A DNA stretch of 64,000 bases from Antedon mediterranea (Eukaryota; Animalia; Echinodermata). Positions within the stretch are counted from its first letter, which is position 1. Each line of letters begins with the position of its first letter. Below, one piece after another: positions 13,501-27,876 of this stretch. The notes under the pieces were generated by a model. It was not told the origin of the DNA. It saw only the letters and a program-made list of their open reading frames with translations, and did not search any database. Location: NCBI RefSeq assembly GCF_964355755.1, contig NC_092673.1, positions 23,185,648 to 23,249,647 on the forward strand, in the 5' to 3' direction. The position numbers and the translations under genes are program-made.

Positions 13501-16500
13501 TGCATGAGTTAGTAGATTTTGAAAAAAACAAAAATTAGCAAAACTCACCTGCTTGTCTCAGCAAGACAGTGAAACTTTCAAACAGGATGTTTTGCTAATT
13601 GTTGGTTTTTTCAAAAAGAACTACTAACTCATGGATATCCAAAACCAGATAAACATTTTTAATCAAGTTTCTGCATGTTTGAGCTTCAAGTGTAATGACT
13701 GCAAAAAATCTAAAAGACTCTTAATGATGTTATTAATTATTAATTAATTAATATAGTAAAATAAGTGTACACTATTATGTCTTTTAAACAGTTCCTCCTA
13801 GAATCATTGATCTCGATCAATTGGATGATTACAATGTTATTGTAAACATGCTGGTTACGCTTGAATGCCCTGTAGACAGCTTTCCACCACCTGTATTCAT
13901 TTGGGAGATGAACAGTCGTGAGATTGATACTTCAAATCCTTATTACGAGCATTTTGATGACGGTTCGCTCGTCATTCGTTCAGCCCAGCTTGTAGATACA
14001 GGAGAATATAAGTGTATTGCTATGAATGTTGTTGGAAATACTTCACGTACAATGCAGTTGAAAGTGCAAGGTTTGTATTATGTGTTTTCTTTTCTACAGA
14101 GTATTTCTAAAGCCTAGTCTACACTAGCAAACTTTACCGAACTTTTTTTGCAACAGTGGTGTAATGCAGAGGCCTGGTACCCCTGGTTTGAAGACCCTAA
14201 GTGGCCTTTCAATACTTTTTTCGACATATTTTAATGCCTGTTTTTTCTTTGAGCCTTGCTCTGGCCCCCTGGGCTTAACCAGTGAGCGTTCATAGTCGTT
14301 ACGCCACTGCTGGTGGATCATTTTACTGCAAAGCACCCAAAGACTATTTGATTTGCTGAGTTCACAAACCTCAGCAAACTAGTTATCTGTTTTTACCAAA
14401 TGGTCAAACATTTTAACTTCAACTTCTGTTTTGTCTTTCAATTATTATATAACTTTCTTTGACATAATTTTAATTTTTAAAATGTATTTTCATTAATTTT
14501 CCAATACCAGTACCACCAGAGATCAGTGATGGGCCAACTTTATTAAAAATAATGCTTGGAGAAGTCGCTCACCTTCCATGTGAGGTTTCTGGTGTACCTC
14601 CACCAGATGTGATCTGGCAGAAGGATGGTAGGGTTCTTGACATCGAGAACAACAACATGGTGAAAGAGCAATCTGGATCTCTGACAATTTACAATGCTGT
14701 CCAATTTGATTCTGGTGCATACACTTGTGTAGTTACCAATGAGGCTGGATCAGAGACTAGGCTTATTAAGGTCAAAGTACTTAGTAAGTACAATTTGGTA
14801 AATCAGATGTATATTTAATAACAATGAAATATAACTTCCAGATTATATACTGTTTCTACAGTGAAAATTTATGCATTGTATGAATTATATGAAAATTAAA
14901 AACTAATAATTATGGTCTAAACCTTACAAAACTGCATGTTTACATGTTCCTAACTAGCCAAACAATGTGTTCAATGCCATCTACTGTTTTATATTTTGCA
15001 TTAAGAAAATTAAAAATATTTAAAATCTTAAATATTTTAGGCAAACCATACATCAGGAAAGATATGCCACCCGTTGTCACGCCAACCATGGGTACCTCAA
15101 TCAAGATCCCATGTTCATCTATTGGCCTTCCATATCCAGAGGTTCATTGGTATAAAGACAATGTTGAAATCCAGAAGTATCAAAGAGGCTATACTATAAT
15201 GAATGATGGAACCTTAAGTATTGCCAGCTTACAGCCATATGATAGTGGTAACTTTACATGTATAGCAGAGAATGAAGCTGGTAGAGACAGTGTAAGCATG
15301 CTGGTTGACACACAAGGTAAAACTAATACAATCAGAATTATTGAGTTCTTTATTATTGCCTTTTTTTAATATATAAGAAGTTATATACAATTTTTATAAT
15401 CTGTAATATTATACATAGTATCAGTAAAAAAAAACTACAAAATGATGAATTAATTAATTTGATTTCTTTAATCTTAGTACAACCAAGAATTGCAGGAGAG
15501 AATACCATTCGAACCCCATCTAAGCAAGCAGCCATGTTGGGAAAGCCTGTCAACTTGTTCTGCAATGTTACAGATGGACATCCAGATGCATTCATTCAAT
15601 GGTATCGTGATGGCAATCCAGTATATCTCTGGGAGAGTGGTTTACAGATTTCTGAAGATGGCATGCTCTTGCAGATTCCATCCTTCCAGGAAGTTGACGT
15701 TGGTATCTATGAATGCATTGCCACAAATACTATCGGCAACAGTACTCGGTTCTATGATGTCTCCATCTATGGTTAGTTTCATTTATGATTTAATAACAAT
15801 GTCAACCAGATGGTAAATGTTCGATCTATACATAATGTAATATATAAAAAACCAGTAGTACAAAAAATTGAATCTTGATATTTTCAGTGCCTCCAACAAT
15901 CTCCCAAGAAGACTTCACAGTGAAGACACTGAATGCTGGTGCCACTCTTTCACTCTTTTGTGAAGCATACGGAACACCTCCACCACGTTATATTTGGAAA
16001 ATCAATAATATTCCACTATCAAGCACCAACACACGATACATCGTACAGGAAGATGGTTCATTGACCATCAGACGAACACAAGTGTTTGATTCTGGTATCT
16101 TCATGTGTGTTGCACAGAACATTGCTGGCAACGATTCTATTATTGTTGATGTCCGCATCTTTGGTATGTTGTTCTGTTTTTTATGATATAATTGTTTTTT
16201 TTATTCAGTAAAAACTATTAAACCTATTAAAGTGAGTCCCAATAAAGTGTTCCCTACAGGGATGTCCTCTTAATATGAGTGGCCATAGTGCTAAAACATA
16301 ATAATGATCCCTTTGTTTGTACATAGTGTCACAGGAAAGTGTCCCTTTAGTAGGATGTAGCAAAAGAAGGATAATATACTTTCTGTATACTAAAAAATAT
16401 AATTTCCTTTCAACTCAATTGTCTATGTTTTACCAAACTAAACACCCTATTTTCTGATAATTTATGTTTATAGTAAAACCAAGTATCAGCAAAGGCCCTC

Positions 16501-19500
16501 AAGTAAGAAGTGTTGTGATTGGTGATGGCGTCATCCTACCATGCGAAGCAGCTGGTGTACCGAGACCTAGTGTCACATGGCAAAAGAATGGTGTTCCATT
16601 GATTATCAACAATCAAACTATGGAGCAGATGGTGTCAGGAACTTTACACTTCTTGACAACAACTGAAAACGATCCTGGCACGTACAGATGCATTGCAGAA
16701 AATGAGGCTGGTGTAGCTAACAGGAAGATCTTTTTGAATGTTCTTAGTAAGTTGCTAAATGTAGTTAGTTGTTATAGGGTAGATGGCTTTCAATTCTGGG
16801 TTAATTATTTCCACAGAAGGAATACAAGTCATGGCATTAAGGAAGTAGGCCAATATATAATAGAATAAAATTAGTCAATAAGTATTCTGGTTAAGTATAT
16901 CTCAGCAACCAGTTAGTAACTGTAAAAACCTCTAAGTTAGTCAAGGCTAAGTATGTGATCAGATTGATATGTAATAAAGAATAAAATAAAAAAACCATAA
17001 ACATTTCAGATTTACACTGAAACCAAGAACGTTAGGGACGTTACGGAATCATCTCCCAGTGTGATCAAGTACTTGACCTCCTAGCAGTGTTGTACTAAAG
17101 AGGCTACCCAGTATAAAGAATACATAAACACAAAAATATGTATACAACATCCCAGTGAAATTCTGATATCCAATGAAAGACCACAACCTAGTTCTGTACA
17201 ATAATTCTTAAATATTTGTTTTTATCCTTTCTTAAAACATTTCTTTAAACATTGTACTTTCAGTTCCACCATCCCCAACTCCAAATTCTCCAGACAACGT
17301 GGCAGCAACCATTACAAATGATGTCACAATACCATGTGTTGTCACTGGATCGCCAAGACCTCAAGTGACATGGTGGAAGAACAATCGTCAGCTACAGATA
17401 GATGGACTGAAGTATATTCAGACAGAAGATGGACTGAAGATACGTAGAGTGGATACAGCAGATGCTGGTGTCTATACTTGCTATGCCATCAATGATGCTG
17501 GAGTATTACCTGTAGATGTTGAAATGACGGTACAAGGTAGGAGTCAAATGTTTCTCATGTATTGTCTTTGATTTAGAAAATTACAAGCCTATATCTAATT
17601 AAAGCCAGGTCATCTTTCATCATCATCATGGCATCTTTCATCAAGGTTTCAGTAATCATATCAGGCAATATCATAGCAGAATATAAGAGATAAGTTTCCA
17701 ATATATTATAATGTTTAAGTCTCTCTAAGTAGACCTATTTTTTGAAGAAGTGAAATGTGTAAATAGGCAGTGTTTTGAAGGCTTTGGAAAATGTATTCAT
17801 AAATTCATCTGATTCTATAAATTTTAGTTGTAATTTTTGTCTTCATGCTGAACCATTTTTTATTTATTATATAATATATTTTTACCTTTTTGAGATTTTG
17901 TCAACACCTTGTCAGCATCCTAAAGTCTGGCCTATTTTCACATGGCCATCAATATTACACCAGGGAAGAGTGAAATTATTTAATTTCACTCTTCTGGTTA
18001 CACTTAAAGTTTCTAAAGTATGCCTCTTATTTCAGTGCCACCAAAGATAACTGGATCTACAATCGAAAGAAACAAGCCAGTTGTGAAGACTAACAGAATT
18101 TACCTGGAATGTTCTGTCACTGATGCTTACCCTCCTGCTAAGGTCAGTTGGTACAAGAATGACCAGCTAATCAGTGGTAGCAGTCCTAATGTCATAATCA
18201 TTGGAGATGGCCGTGCTCTTGAGATTCGTAGTTCAACAGAAGATGACACTGGTAACTACTTCTGTATGGCATCCAATGTTGCAGGAAATGCAACTAAACA
18301 CTGGAATATAGAAATCCAAGGTATGTCAATAATATTCTAATATAATGTCAATACAGTCAACTCTCCCAATACCAGACCTTAAGGCTGGCCTTAAATGTCT
18401 GGTTTTATAAAAAGTCTGGTATTCGGAATGTGTTTCTAATGGTAAAAATGAAATTACAGAGAGTCCGGTGTTGGCTACATATATTTAAAGATAATTTAAA
18501 AATAATACAATTACATCATTGCTTTTGTATCATGTGCCATTCAGTACTGGTTATGCGGAGTGTAAAAGTGATGTTTAATTGATCAATAAAATGTTCCTAC
18601 ATTGCACGTTTTTCACTTTGGGAATTGTTTGCCATGCCCATTAGACTAAAGTGACTGTCGGGCGTTCAAAAGCCAAATTGCAGTATGTTTCTTTGCAATC
18701 GTTAAACATTACTAATAAAATGTAATTTTTATTAATCATATTTGTTGTCTTCATTTTTTCTCTCTTGATTAGTTCCTCCAACCATCAACAACAACGACCC
18801 AGTAGACCTGACAGTTGTCATTGAAAGTGGTATTGTTCTACCATGTGAAATTCAAGGATATCCTCAACCATACGTCAAATGGTACAAAGATGGACAAGAG
18901 ATATTTGGTAACAATATCAACCACAAAATCAAAGAGAGTGGCTCATTTGAAATAAAATATGCTACTGCAAAGGATTCTGGGACGTACATCTGTAGAGCAT
19001 ATAATACTGCTGGTAATGCTACAAAGACTATTCACCTCATTACACATGGTAAGTGTGCAACATTATTTAATCATTTATGATTGCTCAGGGGTGGTCTTCT
19101 TTACTGCATATAATTGCTCTGGTGTTTTTGTGACTGACAATGATTGTTCGGGAGTCTCAAATGCCCATAATTAAAATTGTCTTCTCAAAATGTCAACTGC
19201 TCAGGAGTTGTCACGATTGCCCAAGAATTGTCATGACTGCCTGGGAGTTGTCACGATTGCCTAGGAGTTGGCTCGACTGCCAGGGAATCTTCATGACTGT
19301 CAAAGAGTCTTTATGATTTCCCTAGAGTCTTTATGATTGTCAGAGATTACCAAGACTTCCCATTATTGTACCTAACTACACAGGATTACACTGGAGTATC
19401 TATGGTTGCCCTGAACTGACTGTTAAATATTGCTCAGGAGCCTTTATTTTGAATATTATCAATTTGATTTCAAGTTTTAATTTCATTTATTAATTTCATA

Positions 19501-22500
19501 TGGAATGGATAATACTAATATTATTAACTAATTGGTGTAAAAATATTTAGTTCCACCCAGGTTTGGTGATATCCCAATTGACAGGAACAATATAGTGGTG
19601 TCACCTGGTGACCCTGTCCTCCTGCCGTGCGAGGCTGTAGGTAATCCACGACCCAACTTTCAGTGGAGTAAAGAAGGATTGGTGCTTCCCGAACAAAGTG
19701 CTGGCTATATTATCTTGTCGTCTGGTTCAATGTATCTTAACAGTACGCGCGAGTCAGACAAAGGAACATACACTTGTTTTGTATCCAACATCGCAGGCAC
19801 CATCCAGAAGGATATACACTTATTTGTACAAGGTAATTGAATATTTAATTAGTTCATTCATTTTGAATGTTTTTCTTTTCTTTTGCTATGTATATATTAT
19901 GTCATCATGGTATTAAGAAATAAATAAAAAGATGAATGAATGAATGGTATATTTGATTGGGCTGTTTTAAGCAGATACTCATAGAAGTAGCTACTGAAAC
20001 TCCTTGCTATTTTTATGCAAGCAGTGGGAGTAGATCACTGCAAGGTGTTTGCAAGTGGCCAGTTGAATACGCTGAATGACTACTTTTAATTACACTTTCT
20101 TACGTATTCATTATGTGTTGTATATACAGAAAGACCAAATATAGAGAGTGGAGCACTTGCTGTGGAATACTCTCCACCAGAAGGCAAAGATATGAACTTG
20201 CTCTGTCCAGCCACTGGTACACCAGTACCAGACTTTCATTGGTTTAAAGATGGTGTACCAGTCTCAGGTCCTCGATTCAAAATTAAGACAGATGGTACCC
20301 TTCAGATTACGGATGTTTTAAGATCAGATTCTGGTAGCTACCAATGCTTAGCTAGCAACATTGCTGGAAATACTACATTGCAACTTGATCTGGTTGTTAG
20401 AGGTAAGATCTACAGACAATTATAATCAGTAAATTCAGGAAGTATCCCTCCACAATTTTGTTACTAAAATTCTTTTTTTCTGTTTCTGTTTGTCTGTTGT
20501 ATTTTCTTTATTGTATAGGCCATCCTCAACTTTTTACTTTAATTGTCTTTTCAGTGCCGCCACGCATCGTGAACTCAACAATACCGATTGATGTTGTCAT
20601 CTTCCTTCATAATCCACTTAATCTTATCTGTGAGGTTGTTGATGCTGTTCCTTACGCCAACATCAATTGGAAGAAGAATGGAGAGACCATTCTGGATAAG
20701 ACTCCAGATATTCAGATCCTTGATAATGGTCAGACCTTACACTTTCCCAGTGTGGTGTCTGAACATGGTGGGCGCTACACCTGTATAGCTGATAATGGAG
20801 TTGGCCAAGCTACTAAATTCTGGGGAGTTACTGTCCACAGTAAGTACTATTTTCTCTGTACATTTTATCCCCTGTAGTTTATTACTGCTTAACAACCCTA
20901 TCAGTCATGTGGTCATATGTCTCAATTGAGATGAAAAGGAATGAACTGTATAGATTATTGTTGTAAGAATTGTCAAAATAAATTGTTTATTAAAGGTAGT
21001 CTCTTTTGCCCTACTCCTGCTGCAAAAAAGTTTAAACTGAGAAGATGGATACATATTTGTATTAATAAAATTATGACCTATAAAGAGAGGGTTAAAGTGG
21101 TTTTAGTATCATTTTTAAAAAATAAATTAGAGGCAGTCAAAGTCAATGGTAGTTTTAGTAAAGTATATTTATTTTTGTTTTTAGTACCACCAGTGATTAG
21201 CGGAGGAGGAGATGTTGTGTTCCCTATGAAGCCACGTACATACACCGTCACACAGGATAAAGAAGTGATCCTTCCATGCAATGTCTCTGGTAACCCCAAA
21301 CCCACAATTAGGTGGTACAAGGATGGCAATCTAGTCACACCTAATGAGAGAGGTGTTGAGGTGTCCAGAGATGGACAGATACTGACCATTAGCCGAGCAG
21401 ACGTAATACATACTGGTCTGTTCCAGTGTGTTGCATCAAGTATTGCTGGTAATACAAGTGTTGAATATGAACTAGTTGTCAATGGTAAGTGTTAAGTAGT
21501 TTTAATGTTATAATTTAAGATTAGAAAAATGTATGTAATTGTAAATTAAATAGGCAATAGATTTATAATAAAAAAATTTGTTTTATTAAATGCGGTTAAC
21601 AATAAAAAAAAACTTTATCGTTAGCCAAGGGTAACAAAGAGAGGCCAAAAACTTCTATTGCTGAATAGGGGTATGCCAAAATATACACAGGTCTACAACA
21701 CCAGGTATTTTCATGTCGTCTCCCCACCAAGTACTAACCTGGCCTGACATTCTTTAACTTTGGTGATTGGACACAAAAGATGAGTAACAAATTGATTGAA
21801 TATTTTTATTTTAATAGTGCCACCAATCATATTTGGATCTGAGTTTCCAATTAACGAAAGTGTCACCATTAATAATGCCATCACACTGGACTGTACCACA
21901 ACTGCCACACCTGAGCCAACCATTGAGTGGTACAACGGTAATGTACCATTGGAAGGTAGTGAATTAGGTGTACGATTTGACCAAAAGAAGCACCAACTGA
22001 CCATTGAGAATGCCCAATTGGTCCATGATGGTGTTTACCGTTGTATAGCAACAAATGAAGCTGGTCAAGAAGAGAAGTATTTTAACCTGCAAGTCCAAGG
22101 TATGTCTGCTGTTTATACATGGGTCTGTATTCATGACTATCTATCCATGTGATGTTCTGTCTTCAACCAAAAGGACTTAAAGGAATCATTAATATTTTAT
22201 CAGAATATGAAAATTACTGATGCAAATTAGAATATTAAATAAATTGTGACTGCATTGCCATTGGGTTACATAACACATAAGCAAAACGGTATAACATAAA
22301 ACAGAACAATTGCAGAGAACCTATAACTTAAAGATGTATATAAGGGGAACACAGATGTCTAGATAATGTCATTACATAATCAAAATATTATTTATATAAG
22401 ATAAAATGTTATTATTTTGTTTTAGTACCATCCACAATCACGGACTTAAATGAAGGACAAGTAAATGTCATGTTTGGCTCAGAGGTTCAATTAAGTTGTG

Positions 22501-25500
22501 ACAACTATGGAATACCAGCACCAGTTGTGACTTGGTACAAAGGAGAAAATTTCATTCCAGTAGACAGTTCACGGTTTATCCAGACAGACAGAGGTCTTTT
22601 CATTGCAGAAACCAGTACAACAGATACAGACCTTTTTAGATGTTTAGCCACTAATCCAGCAGGGGAGGCTGAACGTAGAATTTATCTCCAAGTTTTAGGT
22701 AAGCTGACACACGTTTAAAGTTATTTAGCATAAACTACTTTCTGTTCTATTATAATTGTAAATGTAGGTGTTTTGTATGAGAATATCTTGATTAGTTTGT
22801 AAAGTAAAATCTCTTGGAATCAATGGAATGATCCAGCAGAAAGATATTAGGTATTCTGTACATTTGAGTGATTACGATGCTTAGCAACCAAACTAGACTA
22901 AAATCCTGGCTCATGCCCTTATTATTACATAACTGAGAGCAACTTTTGTAATTGTGAATTCTTAAACAAATATTATGTTGTGAAAACGTGTCATCAGATT
23001 TTTAGTAAATAAGAAGAGAATTTTAAAGTCAATCTTAATATCTTCTAGTTGCACCAATGATCACTGGTGGACTGGACACCATCAAGACAGTTCTTGGCAG
23101 GAGAGTACGTCTGCCATGTGATGTCTCTGGCACACCTAAGCCACTGATCTCATGGCAGAAGAATTACCAGATCTTAGATGAGTCTAATGAGGGCTACAGA
23201 GTACTGGCGAATGGTATGTTGTACATTGAAAAGGCCACCATTGACGATGCAGGGATCTATCGCTGTATAGCCACCAATCAAGCAGGCACAACTGCAAAGA
23301 AAATTGAATTACAAGTCCAAGGTATATTTTATTTATTATTTTCATACAAAATACAAATTTAAAAAAGACCCTTTAATGTTTTATTATTCTTCCTCACTTT
23401 TAGTTTAGCCTCATGGCAGCCATTGTAGCAACTACCAGATCAGCACACCTGGGGACAATAACCTATTCTTTTCGAATAGTGTACCAAGTTCTTTATGTAC
23501 TTGCTTATGCACTTGTCTTGAATCCTATTTTTCAAATAAGAGTGCAGCAATCATTATTTTTTATATCAAAAGCTATGCAAATTTGTGATTGATATGTTAA
23601 CCATTTCTTTTTCTAGTTGCACCAATGATTAGCATCCCAGAGAACTTCTACACAGCTGTTGAAGATGAAGCCATCATCTTGGAATGTAGTGCAACTGGAA
23701 TCCCACATCCAGAGATCCAATGGCTTCACAATGGCATTGAGATCAATGACAGACGTGTTAAACGTCTCTCTGGATCTCTCCAGATACCATTTGTAAGAGC
23801 TGAAGATACAGGCAGATATACCTGTCTTGCAAGAAATGATGTCTCCAGTGTTTCAGGAACCATTCAACTTCAAGTTTTGGGTACGAATTCTTTTTTTATT
23901 TTTTGAATGGTTTCCTGTTCAAATACTACAGTATCTTTGCATATATAGTATTATCACTATGAATATATCTATATTTCTCTTTGTAGTGCCACCAACTATT
24001 ACAAAGGTACAAGACTCGTACAACGTTGGTTTATACAGCCGTGCTGCTTTGCCATGCGTTGCTGATGGCGCTCCCAAACCAGAGATCTCATGGACCAAAG
24101 ATGGCCAACCAATTGAACAGAGTAGTCGATACTTTATCTTGGATTCTGGCACCCTTGTCTTTGATAGAGTCGAGGTAATTGCACCAGTAATACGAAGAAC
24201 TAGCATTTTAATAATGCTGTTTAAAAAATTCTATTAATATAGATTTCTTTAGTAGCCTGAGCTTCATAATTTTTTAAACTATACTATGATGTGCAGTTTA
24301 GTTCTTTTTCATCCCTGGTAGGGTTATTAGCTAAATGCAGTGATGATAAGTACCAGAAAACCCATACTCTTTCCGAAGATCAGACACGAGCCAGAAGTGT
24401 ACACTTGACCTCCAGTTGTAAGTCCTTTTATCCGAGAAAATATCACCAGAATTGTTGTCAAGGAGTGTCTGGTGTTTCGCAGAATGGAAGATGCCCACCA
24501 TGCATAAATGTAGCTTTAGATGATAATCAAATAAATCAATCAATATGTGTCATCTCTTTTCTTGGTTTAGAGAACCGATGCAGGACAGTATGTGTGTACA
24601 GCAACAAATTTAGCTGGAAGAATGTCAAACAGTGTTGCTCTTGTTGTGAAAGGTATGCTTCTTTTTTCTACAAATTCTTGAGTTTGTTTTCTATTTATTA
24701 CGCTTAAACATAGCTTATAAATCTAATTTATTGATTTTGTATTTTTCCTAATAATCACCTTTAAGCTAGTTTGACAACAAAAATGTGTGCTCAAATATGG
24801 TAGTGATAAAATCATGTTCATATATGGGCACAAAACATTTTTTTGTCACATGAAGTTTGATAGTGTAGACAGAGCTTTACAAATTGTTTAGCTTTTACTG
24901 TTACTATTTACTATCTAATTTAATTTAGTTAGATATTCAAGTATATAAATTGTATCTGCTTTTAATTTTTCAACAGTATAAATAATTGTAAAATCAATAT
25001 TTACCAAATTAACCCTTATGTTCTATTTGTAGACACTGTAAACATGCTGAAGATAATTAAGTTCACTGCTTTAAAAGCATATTATATACCTAAGAGTAGT
25101 ATTCTTCTCTAATATAATATGAAATAATCTATTATTTACACTCTGTAGTTCGTCCTGATTTTGTTGTTTTCCCCAATGACTTGGAATTGGCTGTATATGA
25201 GGAATTGGAGCTGAGCTGTAAAGCAATTGGTACCCCTACCCCTGTGATTACCTGGAAGGTCAACAACACTATCATTCCTGGTAAGGCCTACAACATTTTC
25301 AATGTTTTATTTATATTACAATGGTTGGAATATTGGTTTTGTAATTTCATGCGATACTTACACGATTTATCATCCACTACACAGTACACCACTATACCTG
25401 CATAGACTCTAGTTTTATATTTACCTCAATGAAATGAATGAGTCTGAGTTCCACACATACACTTTTATTCCGTCTCTTACATCTCATTACATTTTTTTTC

Positions 25501-27876
25501 AAGTAATTCTGCCCACCTTATTATTATTATTATTTTTTTAGTTTGAAAACTATGAATACCTCTTCACCCAACTAACGTAAAGTAATGTAATATATAGTTC
25601 AATAAACATGTAAAATGATTTGAATACAGTCGACTCTCCCAATACCGGACTCTCTGAAAACAGGAAACTTTCCAAATACCAAATTCATTGTTACTATTAG
25701 AAACACATTCCAAATACCAGACTTTCCAGAAAATTAGACATTTTAGGCCAGCCCAAACGTGTCTGGTATTGGGAGAGTTGACTGTACTTTTAAGGGAACA
25801 AGAATAAATAATAAAAATGGTAAGATTATTATAAATAACTTCTAGGTACTGTGAGTATAAATGGAAGCAGTACATACAGAATTGTAAACGTAATGAAGGA
25901 AGATGCAGGAAAATATACATGTGTAGCAGAGAACTCAGCTGGCAGTCGAGATGCTAATGCTATTGTCCGAATCAGAGGTAAAAGGCTTTGTTATTCATTA
26001 ATTCATTTCTATATTTTGGATAGTACATCCATATACAAAACATACAAAAAAAACGAGAAAAAAATTTATCAGCAAATTCAAAAATAGCATCTTCCCCAAA
26101 AACAACCTAAAATATCAATTTGCACCATAGCAGATGCAGGTTGGATTGTGGAAGTACATTAAATATGGTTTTAATTAGACTATTACAACTGTCGAATCTA
26201 CCTGAATTGCCTTATATATATTTGAGTACCCAGTCAAATTTAACAACCATACTGTTGAGAAAAAATTAAATGTTTCTCTCCTTTTAACCCTTTCACTGCG
26301 TATACACGGTACTACCGGGTATAAACAGACGTCGTTAAAATACGTATACCCGGTAATACCGGGTATGGGCAAAACAATGATTTAATCGTATTTGCCTATA
26401 ATATATAGCACCCTCTGTATTTTTTCGATGAACTTGAATATTTTTGCAAGTCATTAAACATTTTTTCCAGAATAAAAAACGGCCCTCTATAGCTGTATTA
26501 TCGTCTTGAAAATAGTGACCTATGTTGGATTCAAACTCAACTTAGGCATCCTTAACAATCATCATAATACAAGGTTCCGTATTCTATTCTTTCACTCTTT
26601 AGTTCCACCAAGAATCATGAAACAGTCACCACGTTCATGGACAGCTATACCTCAGTCAATGACAATGTTTGACTGTGAAGTGATTGGATTCCCTGACCCA
26701 AGAGTTATGTGGTTCAAAGATGGTGAACCAGTTTCATTTGACAATCGTATTGTCAGAGCTGATAACAACTCTCTCGTGATCTATGATACTAGTGTAAGTT
26801 CTTCTGGTTATTTTTAAAATTTTGGATTCATCAAGTAATTAAAACAAATTTAACTAATCATACTTTTTGAAATTGAATTTTGAATTATTATTTATTTATA
26901 CTGGGTAACCTCTTCAATCAAAGACTGGTCCTCAGAGGGCCCAGTTATGATCAGTGGCTGTGTGTGTACTAGTACACCGGGGTAACCCCCCTACTCGTCT
27001 AGAAAGATGTACTAGGTTCTTTAAAGTTCACATGAGCCAGATGTGTACACTAGGTCTATGGTTTATAGTCTTTATCCGATAAGACTTGTTCTACCACCAG
27101 AACCAACTAGTGATATCAATTTGGTGTCAGTTATTATATTCAAAGGATAACAAATGAAGATGTCAAACTTACAGATATAAACTAACATGTTTTTTCTAAA
27201 TTTGATTATAGTATACCAATATATTTTCAGGTTATCTGTATTCATAAAAACCCAATAATATTTTGTATTATTATGTATACAATCTCACAAAGCATCATAA
27301 TTCATCAACATTTATTGACTTTTTAATAATTTATAGGAGATTGATTCTGGACTTTATCGATGTGTTGGTATCAATGAAGCAGGAGAAGCCTCAGTCATAT
27401 CTGAACTTAGAGTTTCATGTAAGTACATGATTGATATTCAATCATACCGGTAGAATATCTCCATATCAAGAAGAAGATTCTCAATTGGGGTGGCTTTTTC
27501 TCAATCTCTCAGATTTAATAATTTTCTGTTTTAAATATTTCCACTTTGATGTACATATCTCTTAATATTCATTAACCAGATCCACCACAATTCCTGATTG
27601 AACCAGTTGCAACCAGTGCCAGCCAGGGTGAACTTGTTCGCCTAGATTGCATTGCTCAAGGCATTCCAGTACCAGTGATGACATGGCACGCTGAGCTTCT
27701 TGGACGTCCGGGCAGTTACATCATCAATGCCGATCGTCAATCTCAACAATTCAATATCCTGGCCAACAATTCTCTTGTGATTGTTGCTGCGCAGTTACCA
27801 GATAGCGGAATGTACACATGCAAAGCGTCCAATGAATTTGATACCATCATTTCCAGCGCTCAAGTTACAATTAGAG
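1520..27876 (+). CDS. HMCN1: Hemicentin Ig (I-set) tandem array exons: C-terminal half of Ig1 plus 33 Ig domains
   Basis: Exons: 1520-1641, 2840-3115, 3775-4044, 4389-4658, 4983-5165, 5475-5570, 6033-6311, 6589-6861, 7247-7522, 8811-9083, 9467-9757, 11792-12067, 12574-12852, 12968-13240, 13792-14070, 14511-14783, 15041-15316, 15478-15771, 15888-16163, 16474-16746, 17264-17536, 18036-18320, 18773-19048, 19551-19832, 20130-20402, 20555-20839, 21185-21484, 21818-22099, 22426-22698, 23049-23321, 23617-23880, 23987-24174, 24571-24652, 25149-25280, 25846-25977, 26603-26793, 27337-27418, 27580-27876. Each domain shows PP..I, L.C...G.P.P...W.K and D.G.Y.C.A.N.AG motifs. Confidence 0.93.

Noticed and set aside
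21078-21482. Antisense ORFs over hemicentin exons (also 8761-9066, 23919-24206 and others)
   Set aside because: They are shadow frames of the + strand coding exons with no independent features.
26283-26520. TTAACCC start suggestive of a piggyBac-type end
   Set aside because: No matching opposite terminus was found nearby.
2840-27876. Dscam-like mutually exclusive Ig exon cluster or immune-receptor diversification locus
   Set aside because: The exons are highly divergent whole domains that join serially in frame into the standard hemicentin architecture.
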